A DNA stretch of 64,000 nt from an uncultured Nitrososphaeraceae archaeon (GTDB lineage Archaea; Thermoproteota; Nitrososphaeria; Nitrososphaerales; Nitrososphaeraceae). A model generated the notes under the pieces. It searched no databases and was not told where the DNA came from. It was given only the letters and a program-made list of their open reading frames with translations. The stretch is from positions 160,001-224,000 of the forward strand of contig CAWGVG010000021.1 in NCBI GenBank assembly GCA_963825865.1, read 5' to 3'. Made by a program: the position numbers and the translations under genes. Positions 34,003-46,226 of this stretch are shown piece after piece; position 1 is the first letter of the stretch; each line of letters opens with the position of its first letter.

Positions 34003-34766
34003 ATTCACACCGACATTTATTTCATAAGCAATAAAAATAATTCTATGTGTTTATAGGTGGATATTTGGTTGTCTTGTAAAATATTCATTTTAAGCCTTTG
34101 ACTGTTAACCTCTTCTATATCCAAAACAGATTAGATTTTCTAATACAAACTTCATCAAGTCTAGCCAGATCTGCTTTAGATTGATAAGCAAGATGGTATT
34201 GCCGAGGTAGCTCAAAATTACTCCTGACGTTGTAAGCTTTTGACTAATGTTTGAGCCTGTAATAGCACAAGGTTGATTATCTATGGTTACATTTTAGCAA
34301 TCATTCTCTTTTGCGAAGTTTCTTGTTTGATAAGATAGATTGTAGCTTCTTTATCATATAGGCCAGCTCAAATCGCAAATCGGATGAACTTCTACCTTTC
34401 AGACATGGATCGTTTATTTGCAAATTGCCATAAGTCACCATTTTTAGACATATAGTTACAAACTTAATTTTTTTCTCACTCAACCTCAAATTTGTAATGA
34501 ATAAATAAAAAATTAAGGGTTTTTTCGTAAGTCATTAATATATATCCTATGAGCCCTATAATAATAACTAAGATAATATAATAAAAAATAGTTCGAGTTA
34601 TGTATGGCGTTCTATCTTTCTATTAGGATAAGTATTACTTCATTCATATCACTCTAAAATAAAATAAAATATGAAGTGCCTCCTAAGTGCAATTTAAATA
34701 ATAAAGCAACTAACCATGCTTTTTGGAGTCACTTTCAGTTATATTATCAATGTCTTCAACAGTGAA

Positions 34767-36186
34767 TTAAAATACCTGTCTTGCTTTTGTAGGTAATCTC
34801 AGTTCTATTGAATCATTGTAATTGTAATTAATAATGGTAGCGATTTCGCACGTTACCACCTTGTCTTTGGCTTTGGCTATAGTTATAGCGTCTTCCCGAC
34901 TACCATCGCCATATCTGGTTCCTCCTCCATAACTCTGCCTGCCTCTGTTATCATTACTATACCTACCTCTGCCTCGGTAAGTGTTGCCACCACCACCACC
35001 ATAATTACGTCTTTGTTGATATCCACCATACAAGCGTTGCCGAACTATAGGCACTTCGATTCCCATTTCTTCATTTAGCTTGCGAATAGGGTGTTCTGTC
35101 TGTCTCAAGACTCTTCCAAAATCTTCAACCCTATCTTGTGAAACCAATGAGATTGCTATACCAGTTCCTCCGGCCCTAGCAGTTCTTCCAATTCTGTGAA
35201 AATAAATCAATGGATCTTCAGGAATGTCATAGTTGATTACATGCCCTACTGCTGGAACATCTATTCCCCTCGCTGCAATGTCAGTAGCTACAAGAATGTC
35301 TTCACTTCCCTTTTTGAATCTATACATTGAGTTGTCTCGCTGCTTTTTGTGAAAGGTCTCCATGAATTGTAATTGCTTTAAATCCTTCCTGTTTCAGTTC
35401 GACAGCGAGTCTCTGCGTTCTTTGTTTGGTGGCTGCGAAAACAATCGTCTGCTTCTTATCTCTGTTCTTGATAAAGTGGCACAGGTACTTGAATTTTTCT
35501 CGCTCATGTATAACCAAGTATGACTGTTGTATAGTGTCAAGACCCACTTCTTCTTTGTTGAGTCTAATTTCCTCAATATTCTTCATATACTCCTGTGCTA
35601 ACCTCAATATCGCTGGTGGCATAGTCGCGGAGAATAGACATGTTTGTCTGTCTTCATTTATATAGAACAATATGAACTTTATATCGTCAATAAAGCCCAT
35701 ATCGAGCATTCTGTCTGCCTCATCAAGAACGACAAAATTTACATCGTCGAGCTGGATTGAACCCTGCTTGACATGATCAATCAACCTGCCAGGAGTTGCA
35801 ACTACTATTTGCACCCCTTTTTTCAGTTGATCGTGTTGAATGTTAATACTCTGTCCTCCATATATGGATACTGTTCTGATTCCAGTATATTTTGCTAATT
35901 TATTGATTTCAGTTGTTACCTGTACTGCTAGTTCCCTTGTTGGCACTAGTATCAGTGCCTGTATTGGGCCATTGCGCTTTACCTTTGTTAGTATAGGTAG
36001 CGAAAAAGCCGCTGTCTTGCCAGTTCCTGTATGCGCCTGGCCTATTACATCTACACCTTTTAAAATAAATGGTATAGCCTCCTCTTGAATAGGAAAAGGC
36101 GCTTCAAATCCATTTTCTTTGAGTGCTTTGATAATTTCAGCACTCAATCCTAATTGTTGAAATGTTGTTGTTGTTGTTGTTGTCAT
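34767..36186 (-). CDS. DEAD-box RNA helicase with RG-rich tail (frameshifted near 35340)
   Basis: Q motif, [38 protein letters not shown]. Confidence 0.95.
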
Positions 36187-36544
36187 TTTACCTTCTCACT
36201 TTGGAGAAATTATACAAAAGCCACGGAAGATATGAGAAGCATTCTACTTAACAGATCCGCCGTAAACCTTTTGCTTGCTTAATCTGCAAATTACAAGCAT
36301 ATAAGGTATGCGGACTGTGAAAGACGTTTTCTGTAGAATCAAGTTTATCATGTTCTAAAACTGCCTTTTTTACCAACGTGTATTCTTCATCAATAGCAAT
36401 TGTAAGTATCATAGAATTAATCTACTTTTCATAGAAAAGTATAAAGAAATAACAAGTATTTAACAATCTATACATATAATATCTTGATAGAAAAATAGAA
36501 TGTTTTAAATAACTTGAACAAACCAAATAGTATATACAAGTTCC

Positions 36545-37420
36545 ATGATGACTGAAGGAGATGATCTTCGCGAAAAGAAATTGCGTGGTTCTGGTGGATA
36601 CGTTTTTGCAAAAATAACAGAAGAGGAACAGAAAAAAGGAAACCTTGGAGGGCCTGAACTGTTTATAGCAGGAGTAGGTAGATTGGATGAGGATCGATTT
36701 TCAAAGTATTATTGTAGCAAATGTGAAAGAGAATATGAAGGCTCACCAGCAATTAATTATGAAAACCCAAATGAAGAGCTCGGAGAAGGAGTTACTCTGA
36801 TGGAAAAAGGTGAATATAAATGCAGAACCTGCAATAACACATTAGCACAATATCGCAAATTCGATTCCCCTACTACTAATCCTACAACGGTGGTGAAGGA
36901 GGAGGAAGAGGATGATCAGCAGCCTTCCGCATCTGTGCAAGTGCGATCGCCTGAAGTTAATAATAAAAGTGAAGCACCTTCTGGTACTCTTTCCCAACAT
37001 TCTATTTCTAGCACTACTTCTGCTACTAAAACAACTACAACATTGACAACTGAAGCAGGCTTTGTTCCGATTCAGTCACTTATTGGTATGCTTGCCTACG
37101 ATAGTGAAGCACTACTGGTTGGCAGAGTTCAGGAAATTGGATTACGCAAGTCCTCAGAAGGAAATGCGCAGATCAGTATCAAAATTGTAAATGACGATAA
37201 TAATAGTAGTGGTAGTAGTAGTGTTACACAAGCCAACGAAGTTTTTTGGAATAATATTTCAAAAATTGGAGACATTGTTCTTATTGGTAGCAGGACAAAA
37301 GTAGGAGCAACAAATCCTGCCTTTCCTAAGATAAAGGGATTGGGCAAATGTCTCTCATGTGGCTATCAAAATGAAGAAGATGCCATTTTCTGTGAAGAAT
37401 GTGGAACCAAGTTAACTTGA
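36545..37420 (+). CDS. Zn-ribbon / PRC-barrel / double Zn-ribbon protein
   Basis: CSKC, CRTC, YDSEALLVGRV...ISKIGDIVLI, CLSCG...FCEECG. Confidence 0.75.
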   Translation: MMTEGDDLREKKLRGSGGYVFAKITEEEQKKGNLGGPELFIAGVGRLDEDRFSKYYCSKCEREYEGSPAINYENPNEELGEGVTLMEKGEYKCRTCNNTLAQYRKFDSPTTNPTTVVKEEEEDDQQPSASVQVRSPEVNNKSEAPSGTLSQHSISSTTSATKTTTTLTTEAGFVPIQSLIGMLAYDSEALLVGRVQEIGLRKSSEGNAQISIKIVNDDNNSSGSSSVTQANEVFWNNISKIGDIVLIGSRTKVGATNPAFPKIKGLGKCLSCGYQNEEDAIFCEECGTKLT

Positions 37421-37422
37421 CC

Positions 37423-39552
37423 TCACCTGAGATTAGTTCTTCTCAAACCTATTCTAACATCCACTACACGTGCTCCTTTTCCTTCTTCTAGCACCAGCAA
37501 CGGATTGATATCAAATTCTTCGATTTCAGGAAACTCCGTAACTAACTGCGAAAGTCGCAGGAGGCTATCTACCACAGCTTTCAAATCGGATGATTTTTCT
37601 CCCCTGACACCTTTCAGCAGTTTAATAGTCTTTATTGATTCGACCATTCTTGCTGCCTCCTGCTCGTCAATAGGAGCGAGCCTGAACACAACATCTTTGA
37701 GAACTTCAACATAGATACCACCAAGACCGAACATGACAAGTGGGCCGAATAGTGGATCCCGTTTTGCGCCAAGAATTGTTTCCTTTGCAGATTTTACCAT
37801 CTCTTGTATAAGTACTCCTTTGATCTTTGCATCAGTATTGTATCTCTTGGCATTGTCCATTATTGTTTTAAATGCCATTCTGACTTCATCATCACTTTTC
37901 AATCCAACTTTAACTCCTCCTATATCAGACTTGTGGACAATATCCGGCGACACAATCTTCATTACAACTGGAAGGCCAATTTCTTTGGCAGCCTTTACGC
38001 ACTGCTCTTCACTGGTTCCAAGAATACTTTTTGGAGTAGGAAAGCCATAGGCAGTAAGAACCTCATAACCTTCTTCCTCTAATAGATTTGTTCTTCCCTG
38101 TTTTTTCACATTATCAAAAACTGCTTTTACATTTTCCTTGTTGACCGTTAACCTTTTTATCTCTTCTTTTGGTCTTGATAGCCAATTTACGAAGCGATAC
38201 ATTGCGTCCAGAGTTTGGATCGCAGGTTCTGCATACATGAAGTGTGGTATTCCACCATCTGACAGAATCTGCTTATTCTCAGTACCTTCTGCAAGTCCCA
38301 TCAACGCAGCAAGCGTTGTCTTGCCTATACCCTTTGATATTTTAACAATCGTTCTTGCCAGTTCATTGTAATCCAAGGTAGCGGACGGAGTACACATGGT
38401 AACTACCGAGCTGACATCTGGATTTGATAATACTTCAACAAGAACTTTTTCAAAGCGGTTAAAGTCAGCATCACCTACTATATCTACAGGATTTCTTGCC
38501 GAGCCATGGGACGGTATTATTCTGGCAATTACTTCTCTTGATGCCGATAGATCAGCCATTTTTAATCCAAATTTTGAGCAAGCATCAGTTGAAATAATAG
38601 CAGGTCCTCCAGCATTTGACACTATTGCAACTCCCCCATTACCTAGAGGTATAGGTTGTTTTGAGAAGGCAGTGGAAAGTTCGAATAGCTCTTGCATTGT
38701 ATCTACTCTAATTACTCCAGATTGAGAAAACAGAGCGTCGTAAATTTCATCAGCTCCCATTAATGCTCCTGTATGGGACATTGCAGCCTTTGCACCTTCA
38801 GGAGTTCTGCCCGCTTTCTGTACTATAATCGGTTTCTTCTTTTCCTTTGTAATCTTTTTAGCAATTTCCATAAACTGTCTGCCGTCATGAATATCTTCAA
38901 GATACATCACGATAACTTTTGTTTCTTGATCCTCGGCTAACAATTCAAGAATATCATTTTCATCCATATCCACCTTGTTACCCATGCTAATTACTTTTGA
39001 AAAACCTATTCCCTGAGCCATTGCGTCTTCTACAGTGGCCGCGCAAATTGCACCGCTCTGAGATACCAGTGCGATGTTACCATGTTTTGGGGTAACTTTT
39101 AAAAAAGTTGCATTCATCATGTTGTGTTCTGATAGACTCATAATACCAAGACAGTTTGGACCTATGATCCTCGTGCCATACTTTTTACCGATTTCTCCTA
39201 CTTCTTTTTCGAGTTTTGCACCTTCTTCACCAACTTCTTTAAATCCAGCCGAAACGATAATTGTGCCTTTGATTTTTTTCTTACCGACTTCTTCTATTAC
39301 TGCAGGCATAATCCTGTTTGGAGTTGCAACTACAGCGAGATCAATATTTTCGGGAACATCAAGAACGCTCTTATAAGCATTAATACCGAAAACAGTAGGA
39401 TTAGACGGAGTAATTGGATAAATTTTTCCTTTGTATCCATTTATGATGTTAGAGAAGATTGCCTTACCGACACCCGGTTTTTCAGAAGCGCCTATAACAG
39501 CAATAGATTGCGGATAAAGAAAGATGCTTTTTGAATCAGCGGACGATGGCAT
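37423..39552 (-). CDS. 4-hydroxybutyrate-CoA ligase (ADP-forming), 3HP/4HB carbon-fixation cycle
   Basis: ACD-family motifs IAVIGAS, GPNCLG, SQSGAI, SHTGAL, NPVDIVGDA, HKSD.GGV; closely resembles the recalled N. maritimus Nmar_0206 sequence. Confidence 0.85.
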   Translation of the reverse strand: MPSSADSKSIFLYPQSIAVIGASEKPGVGKAIFSNIINGYKGKIYPITPSNPTVFGINAYKSVLDVPENIDLAVVATPNRIMPAVIEEVGKKKIKGTIIVSAGFKEVGEEGAKLEKEVGEIGKKYGTRIIGPNCLGIMSLSEHNMMNATFLKVTPKHGNIALVSQSGAICAATVEDAMAQGIGFSKVISMGNKVDMDENDILELLAEDQETKVIVMYLEDIHDGRQFMEIAKKITKEKKKPIIVQKAGRTPEGAKAAMSHTGALMGADEIYDALFSQSGVIRVDTMQELFELSTAFSKQPIPLGNGGVAIVSNAGGPAIISTDACSKFGLKMADLSASREVIARIIPSHGSARNPVDIVGDADFNRFEKVLVEVLSNPDVSSVVTMCTPSATLDYNELARTIVKISKGIGKTTLAALMGLAEGTENKQILSDGGIPHFMYAEPAIQTLDAMYRFVNWLSRPKEEIKRLTVNKENVKAVFDNVKKQGRTNLLEEEGYEVLTAYGFPTPKSILGTSEEQCVKAAKEIGLPVVMKIVSPDIVHKSDIGGVKVGLKSDDEVRMAFKTIMDNAKRYNTDAKIKGVLIQEMVKSAKETILGAKRDPLFGPLVMFGLGGIYVEVLKDVVFRLAPIDEQEAARMVESIKTIKLLKGVRGEKSSDLKAVVDSLLRLSQLVTEFPEIEEFDINPLLVLEEGKGARVVDVRIGLRRTNLR

Positions 39553-39618
39553 ATTGAAAGATAAAATCACGAAAGGAAGGTTATAAATGCATGCTGTTTT
39601 TGCTACTCATATTCAATA

Positions 39619-40666
39619 GACCTCTTGCGTAATTGAAAGCTTAGAGCTTTATTCTCCATTGATCCGTTCATATTACATACTCAGTTGATGTCTTACGCTC
39701 GCCTATCAAGAAGGCCGTTGTTATTTAAATCGTTTACTGGACTGGCTGTATCAGAATTTGATGTCATTGCTAAAGAAATAGAATCGAAATATGATGAGCA
39801 TGAAAGAAAGCGTCTTTCCAATAGGAAAAGAAAAAGAGATATTGGTGCTGGTAGACCATTCAAGCTGAAAGCCAAAGAAAGATTCTTGATGCTTCTACTA
39901 GTCTATTACAGACTGTACATTACCTTTACATTATCAGGATTTCTATTTGATCTTGACCAGAGTAATATCTGCAGAGATATATCCATTATAGAACCACTTA
40001 TCAAGCAGTGTATCCCGCTGCCAAAGAAGTTGTATAAACGTACAAGAAGGCTTAGAACCATAGATGAAGTTGAGGAGTACTTTCCAGGCTTCAAGGCTTT
40101 CATAGATTCTTCCGAACAGGAGATACCAAGGCCAAAGAACAAAAGGAGAAGGAAGAGCTACTACTCTGGCAAAAAGAGGAAGCATACTATCAAGACACAA
40201 TATATGGTAAACAATGAGGGTACCATACTACACAAAACAGGTCATGATGGGGAAGAATACATGATTATGAGATTTTCAAAAATAAACATCCTATAACTCC
40301 GCTGCAAGTTGAAAATGTCCTTGACCTTGGCTACTTGGGGAGTTAAGAATGACTTTCCCACTGTAAAGTATGTACTGCCATTTAGAAAAAAAAGGAAAAG
40401 TGAACTCTCAGATGGAGAAAAGAGATACAATAGAAAGTATTCCAAACTAAGGATAATAGTCGAGCACACGGTAAGCAGAATTAAAAAGTTCGGAATAATG
40501 GGTACTAAATTTAGAAACAGGCTTGGAAGATATGATCATGCTTCTGACATTGTTTCAGGATTGGTAAATTTCAGAATAATACGAACTAATGGTGGGATGT
40601 CACTCTAAAAAAAGAGCAAAACTGACCATCATGAAGAGATTTTCTTTCGTAATTACGCAATAGATC
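39619..40666 (+). mobile_element. IS5-family (ISL2-like) element flanked by TA
   Basis: TAGACCTCTTGCGTAATT (39617-39634) vs AATTACGCAATAGATCTA (40651-40668). Confidence 0.85.
39685..40608 (+). CDS. transposase (HTH_Tnp_4 + DDE_Tnp_4), frameshifted
   Basis: FKSFTGL, GAGRPFKL, IDSSEQEIPRP, YYSGKKRKHTIK, DLGY, RIIVEHTVSRIK. Confidence 0.9.
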
Positions 40667-41042
40667 TATGGTTCTACTGCTCAATGATACTCCAAGTCTT
40701 TTTAATCTGAACCTGATTCTACTAGTACCAAAGGTCTTTAATCTTAAATCAAGTATTGTTTCTTCTATTTCTTTAGATACTTTGGTTTTGATGCTATGAG
40801 GCCTTCTAGATAGGTCTTTCAACCCGTCTATTCCGTGCTCTATGTATCTATTTTTCCACTTGTAATATGTCTTCCTAGATATTTCGTATTTATTGCAAAT
40901 ATCGCTAATACTATTACCAGTCCATTCATGTTCATGAATGAGATTGAATTTTGTTCTAATTTCTATAGAGATTTCCACTTCCTAGCAGAAGTGTTACCTA
41001 TGTCTGTAAGCTATATTGTTACCTATGTTAGTAAGTACAACA
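40667..41042 (-). mobile_element. truncated IS481 (5' third only)
   Basis: Near-identical to 54556-54931; ends GTAAGTACAACA at 41042; cut at a TA by the IS5-like element. Confidence 0.9.
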
Positions 41043-41074
41043 GCTAAGGAAGCAGTACTATATGCATTTGAAAG

Positions 41075-41462
41075 TATGATAATCGACAAGATAAAGAACT
41101 TTAAAGGAATAGACGACTTAACAAGTTATACAAAAACAAGCACTAGATTTACTAATCTAGTCGATAACAAACTTGTATCTTTTGCCAAAGTAATAACAGA
41201 CAAGGCTCACGAGCCGACGGACCGTATTGCTATTAACACGGGGATTATCAAGGAATTATATGAATATGGGATAACCAAGGAGCAATTATCTAATCTCAAA
41301 GCATTAGCTGACTACATGAGTGCAAAACATCGTAAGTCTGATGGTAAAAATGTTATAGAAATATCACAGAAACAGCTAGAAATTTACTTTGGAGAACGGG
41401 AAGATGGAGAGCACAGGGAGCAGAGAGCACAGGGAGTGGTCATATACAAAGAGGTAGGATAG
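41075..41462 (+). CDS. hypothetical protein (5' end possibly cut by IS481)
   Basis: Open frame running out of the IS end; no motif recognised. Confidence 0.4.
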
Positions 41463-41466
41463 AAAA

Positions 41467-41664
41467 ATGTCAGAATATCTATGGACTGGTGAAAGTGCTT
41501 TCTGTCATTGTGGTCATCATGTAAAGGATCATATGACTTGGCATCTTGTACTGGATCCTATATTTGTCTGTAATGGCGAAGACTGCGAAGGACTACAGCG
41601 TTGTGGATGCAAGGAATTTGTAGCGTATAAAAGAAGAAATAGAGTTAGTTCGACCCGATCCTGA
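41467..41664 (+). CDS. small Cys/His Zn-finger protein
   Basis: CHCGH..DH...C...C...CGCKEF. Confidence 0.6.
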   Translation: MSEYLWTGESAFCHCGHHVKDHMTWHLVLDPIFVCNGEDCEGLQRCGCKEFVAYKRRNRVSSTRS

Positions 41665-42088
41665 ATACCTTGATACCTTCCGCTGCAAGTAGGTCATCAT
41701 AGGAGCCTGTCCCTTCAAATGTAATTATGACGGAGTGGACTGGCTGCAACATCCTTCTGGTTAGGATCTCTTTGTATATCTTGATCTGACCCATTGCAGC
41801 CGAGATAGAATTCAGCTTGGGCTTGAACTCGCAGAGGATATACCGCTTTTCTCCTTCGTATCCTACTTCTATAAGACAGTCAACTATCGCTAGCAGGTAG
41901 GAGCAATTGTCGGAGTATAATGGAAATTCGATATCCTTTTTCAGAATTCTAAAATCGTCTGAGCCTAGGGCAAACTTGACAACCTCCCTCTGATTGCCTG
42001 GTTCAAATATGAATAGATGTATCTGGTCATACTGTACAGTCCTCGTACCACTATTCTTGAGTAACTTGGGTCTTCTGCTAGTAGCCAA
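41645..42088 (-). CDS. PD-(D/E)xK-superfamily nuclease
   Basis: IEFPL...IVDCLIE...LCEFKP...AMGQIKIY (E..D..ExK..QxxxY). Confidence 0.7.
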   Translation of the reverse strand: MATSRRPKLLKNSGTRTVQYDQIHLFIFEPGNQREVVKFALGSDDFRILKKDIEFPLYSDNCSYLLAIVDCLIEVGYEGEKRYILCEFKPKLNSISAAMGQIKIYKEILTRRMLQPVHSVIITFEGTGSYDDLLAAEGIKVFRIGSN

Positions 42089-42114
42089 TAATATTCCACA
42101 AAAATGTTAGGTAA

Positions 42115-42303
42115 CTACCTAACCGAGCGGATGAAGTATCTCGTGTCTTTCGCTGACCCGCTACGGCTCACCTCTAAAATCGTCTTACCGTTTTTGAGTT
42201 CTTCATATATCTTTTGTATATGTAAACGACTAAGTTCTAGCGTTTTTTCCTTTCTGTTGGCATCATTAACTTCTATGACTGTGAACTGTGCTCGTTTGGC
42301 CAT
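42115..42303 (-). CDS. hypothetical protein
   Basis: 62-aa ORF co-directional with its neighbours; ends RSGSAKDTRY. Confidence 0.45.
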   Translation of the reverse strand: MAKRAQFTVIEVNDANRKEKTLELSRLHIQKIYEELKNGKTILEVSRSGSAKDTRYFIRSVR

Positions 42304-42428
42304 CTTACCATTGAAGTCGGGCTTTTCGACTATGCGTGTGAGGTTAGGCAGAAACTCCTACTAATTTGGTACTTATGGCATAGGCCGTGACAACTCAACT
42401 TAATTCACTTACTCTACTGCTACTATTA

Positions 42429-42794
42429 CTATTTGATAATAATCTCTTTTTCCTTACCATCTTCATCAACTGTGAATACTTTGAGACTTACAGAGGACTT
42501 GTGCCTCCCATACCTATCCAATATGCGGTCATTCATCCGCTTCTTGTATGACTCTATGTATTTCTGTGCCTCTTCCTTTGATTCAAATAATGCCTCTCCT
42601 CGGAAGTTATTATTCTGATCATAAAGCGCTACCGTGTCCCATTTCTTGCCGTTAGTATTTCGGATTAGTTTCTTTACCGCATATCTTTTAGGGTTTTGTT
42701 TAATAATGATGGTTGGAGTTGTTGTTGTTCGAGCTGTTGTAGATGTGATTGTTGTAGAAGTTGTTGTACCTGTAGCTGTAGTTGTACCATTCAC
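42429..42794 (-). CDS. hypothetical protein with Thr-rich N-terminus
   Basis: 121-aa ORF; LFESKEEAQKYIE motif. Confidence 0.5.
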   Translation of the reverse strand: MNGTTTATGTTTSTTITSTTARTTTTPTIIIKQNPKRYAVKKLIRNTNGKKWDTVALYDQNNNFRGEALFESKEEAQKYIESYKKRMNDRILDRYGRHKSSVSLKVFTVDEDGKEKEIIIK

Positions 42795-43499
42795 TCTGAT
42801 TTAGAAAAGGGTTCGGTTTCCAAATTTAGACGTTTCTTCTTCCTACTACTATTTGGCCATGTTGTCCAAATCAACATCATCACCAATTACTACAACTGCT
42901 GTTGCATTAGCTGAAAGGTTGTAAAGACTTACGATGAATGATATGTTATTCAACTTAGAAGGAAGGAAGGTACAATTGCCGATTTGAATAGCATAATCAA
43001 ATGTAATACTACTTTCTGAAATCATATTCTCTTCAATCTATCCTATAGTGGTAAGAGATTACTTCTATAAAGGAGCCCTGAAAGTCTAAGGGTAGCTTAT
43101 GATGATTAATATAATAAAAACAATTGATTGATGTCACTTTATCTATAATTTAGTTATAACTGAATCTTACTATTAACAGGTAAATAAGTAATCTAACGAT
43201 ATTTCATAAATCAGCAGTAACTTACTCAAGTCAAATATATAGTATGATAGTGATACCTGGTAACATATGAACAACACAAAAAGCAAACATCCAAGCCTAA
43301 CTCAGACCTTACCTTTCTTTCCTTAATATATAATCTAGTTATAATTGAATGCTACTAATAATAGTTAAATCAATAATTTCACCTCATTTGATAGTATCAA
43401 TAGTTATAGCCAATTTGTTAACATTAAATCATACTAGATAAATCAGTATTAACTTCCTCAAGTCAAATATACAGATAACATTGTATAAGAATAGTAATA

Positions 43500-44111
43500 A
43501 TGAACAACACAACTACAAAACGAAATCTAGCGTTAGCAGCTGTCTTTATGGCAGCAACACTACTAGTAGGAACAGTAGCAGTAACAACCACAATAGCAAC
43601 AAGAGAACAATCAACAGCATTTGCTTATTCAAAGAAAGGTGCAGACAAGAAAGATGGTGGTGGAAACGGTAACGGTAACACAGTTACCATCGAAGACTGC
43701 AAAAACAAAGGTTCTGCAAGCGGATTTGATACAGCAGTAAACCAAGAATGCGAAAACCTGATATGTACTCACCCAGGCGGGAATGCAACCTGTGTACAAG
43801 AAGGAGCAGTAGCAACAACATCAACACCAACAACACCAGTAAAACTAACTTGCGAACAATGCTTGACAAAGTTCCTTAACGCTGACCAAATATCCTTCCT
43901 AACCAGGGAGACGAATGACTTGGCGTTCTTCTGTGCACGACTATCTGGAACATCAACAGATGAATTGCATGCTATTCTAATAAGAATAGGAGTTTCCGAG
44001 ACAGGCAGCAGCTCAGCTAATTCAATGTCTAATAGATGCTGGATAACCGTTTGGTACTGGTTCTGGATAAGTAGTAGTCTAATAAAAGTAGTAGTGGTAA
44101 CCGTACAATAG
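43500..44111 (+). CDS. secreted Cys-rich protein (Nitrososphaeraceae-expanded type), 3' frameshift likely
   Basis: Signal-like N-terminus, NQECENLICTHP, TCEQCLTKFL. Confidence 0.6.
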   Translation: MNNTTTKRNLALAAVFMAATLLVGTVAVTTTIATREQSTAFAYSKKGADKKDGGGNGNGNTVTIEDCKNKGSASGFDTAVNQECENLICTHPGGNATCVQEGAVATTSTPTTPVKLTCEQCLTKFLNADQISFLTRETNDLAFFCARLSGTSTDELHAILIRIGVSETGSSSANSMSNRCWITVWYWFWISSSLIKVVVVTVQ

Positions 44112-45581
44112 AAAAAACGTCCTTCCCTTCTATTTTTTATATTGATTATTCCAGTCAAAAGAAACTTTTGATTACTCATAGCTAATCTATGCCTGGTTGT
44201 AAGCTACCTGTTTGAACACGGAAATCATGAATCTCCATCTGTAGTAGATTCATTACAAGAATCACATACTGCCACCAATCTTTCCAAGGCGTCTGCTATT
44301 CTCCCCAATTCATGCAGTAAGTCAGACTTGAATTTACGTTGCTGGATGTCTGTGTTTATATTATTACGCATCACTATTTCAAATCCTCTGTTTTCAATCT
44401 ATGGAAAGGATCGTATATCTCATAACATCTTTTGCACAGGTGCAGAATATTTCCAAAATCTGTATAGACTTTTAGTTAAGCTTTACGGTTACAAAGCCAG
44501 TAACAAGAAATAGAAGAAACAGGAGGAGGAGTACTACTAGTATCATTATCATCAAGGACATTAGATTGGTTACCGCCGGATGACGACCATTGGATTAGAA
44601 GAGTTAATCATGTAACACTCTTAAAGTGATTATGGTCTCATTGAGTAACGTTTCACTATTTTCAACATTGTAGTCATATCAGGGATTTCGTTTGTCTGAT
44701 GCTGGTCCTTGTTGAGATTCTTGGCTCATTTATCAAATCAAAACTCCCATTCTAAGGTAGCCAGTTTCCCTCAACTTTTGCCTGTTGAATTCCCGTTCTT
44801 CCTCTTGCATTAACACCACTTGAAATTTGAATTCGTCTTTCTCTTCTTGTTCTGTCATTTTAATAGTCATGTTGTCAGTTCACCACCTTTTTTGTAACGA
44901 GTATCTGCAAAGTGTCTACATGAACGATATCATATTCCGCTGACACAGATTGAAACGCAGATACAACAACAACAACAACAGGCCCAACTGCAGGGAAAAA
45001 ATGTAAGAGGCATAGCAATATGATAGCTTTTACGTTTTGTTTCATTCTTATACTGATATCTCCGATAGCTGTCAATATCCATATGTCTACCTCTGTATCA
45101 GCCCAGGCAGCAAATTGTAAAAGATAATTCGTCCATTTTAATTCAGAAAGGTGTTGATCTTCTCTATAATCAAGGCAACAATACAGAAGCCATCAAATAT
45201 TTTGATAACATTCTAGCATTGCATTTTAACAATTGGTGAGGATCATTCGGGTTTATCTACTCTTCCAACGAATCCATAGGTAAATATTCCAAATCCTGCT
45301 AACATGACGACAACAAAGACTATTTCTAAGTCGATAGGTGATATGTTTTTGATTTGAGATTGCTTTTTGGAAATCCAAACGAGAGATCAAATATTAACCT
45401 TTTTAGAGGGAAAGATCAAAAGCGCTGAAGAAGATTGCGATGGACTATGGATTACTACTTGGAATCATTATTTGAGCCATTTAAACAACATTGTATTCAC
45501 GTGAGAATTTCGGGTATTCCTTGTAAACTGATGTGTCGAATAACTACGACTGGAAATAATAGCCGATTGATCTTTGTCTTG

Positions 45582-45715
45582 TTACTTCATCTTGTTGATG
45601 AACATATTATAGAGGGACGCTTTTAGAAAGAGTTCGTTTATTATGTTCTCCCATTTCAATGATATAACATATTCACCAAACGTTCTCTTTATAGAGGAAA
45701 ATGTCGATTCAGCTA
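45582..45715 (-). mobile_element. IS5-type (IS903/ISH1-like) transposase C-terminal relic
   Basis: AESTFSSIKRTFGEYVISLKWENIINELFLKASLYNMF. Confidence 0.6.
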
Positions 45716-45834
45716 TTATATTTTTTGTGAAAACAAACAGAGAGAGAGACTACCCACCATATAATATTATTTGATTTGGCGGACCAATCATTTGGCCATA
45801 ATGGCCAATTGCGCTTTAATGACTGATTCAGCTT

Positions 45835-46152
45835 TCAGACTCCTATATGTTTTCTAAGCACGTCTTCATCTGATGATGATGCTCCACTACCGCCGCCGCC
45901 ATCATCTGATTCTAATAATAATAATTGTTTTTCACTAATTTCGAAATGCTTTTCACATAACCAAATCATAGAAACAGATGGCTCATTACCTATGCACATT
46001 TTTCCATCTTTATTCAGAAAAACTCCATATTTACCACGCTCTTTGTTTTTATTGCTACAAATATCGCAGTATACGGGATCAGCGATCTTACAATCAGGTC
46101 TATTTTCTACTTCTTTTTTTAGATCTTCTCCACCAAAGTCAGGACATACCAA
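45835..46152 (-). CDS. hypothetical Zn-binding protein
   Basis: YCDIC...WLCEKHF. Confidence 0.5.
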   Translation of the reverse strand: MVCPDFGGEDLKKEVENRPDCKIADPVYCDICSNKNKERGKYGVFLNKDGKMCIGNEPSVSMIWLCEKHFEISEKQLLLLESDDGGGGSGASSSDEDVLRKHIGV

Positions 46153-46226
46153 TTCAACAAAAAGTTATCAATTTATGGTAAACATTATCTTGGATTGCCT
46201 AGTTAGTCTAGGAGCGGGTCTCAATA

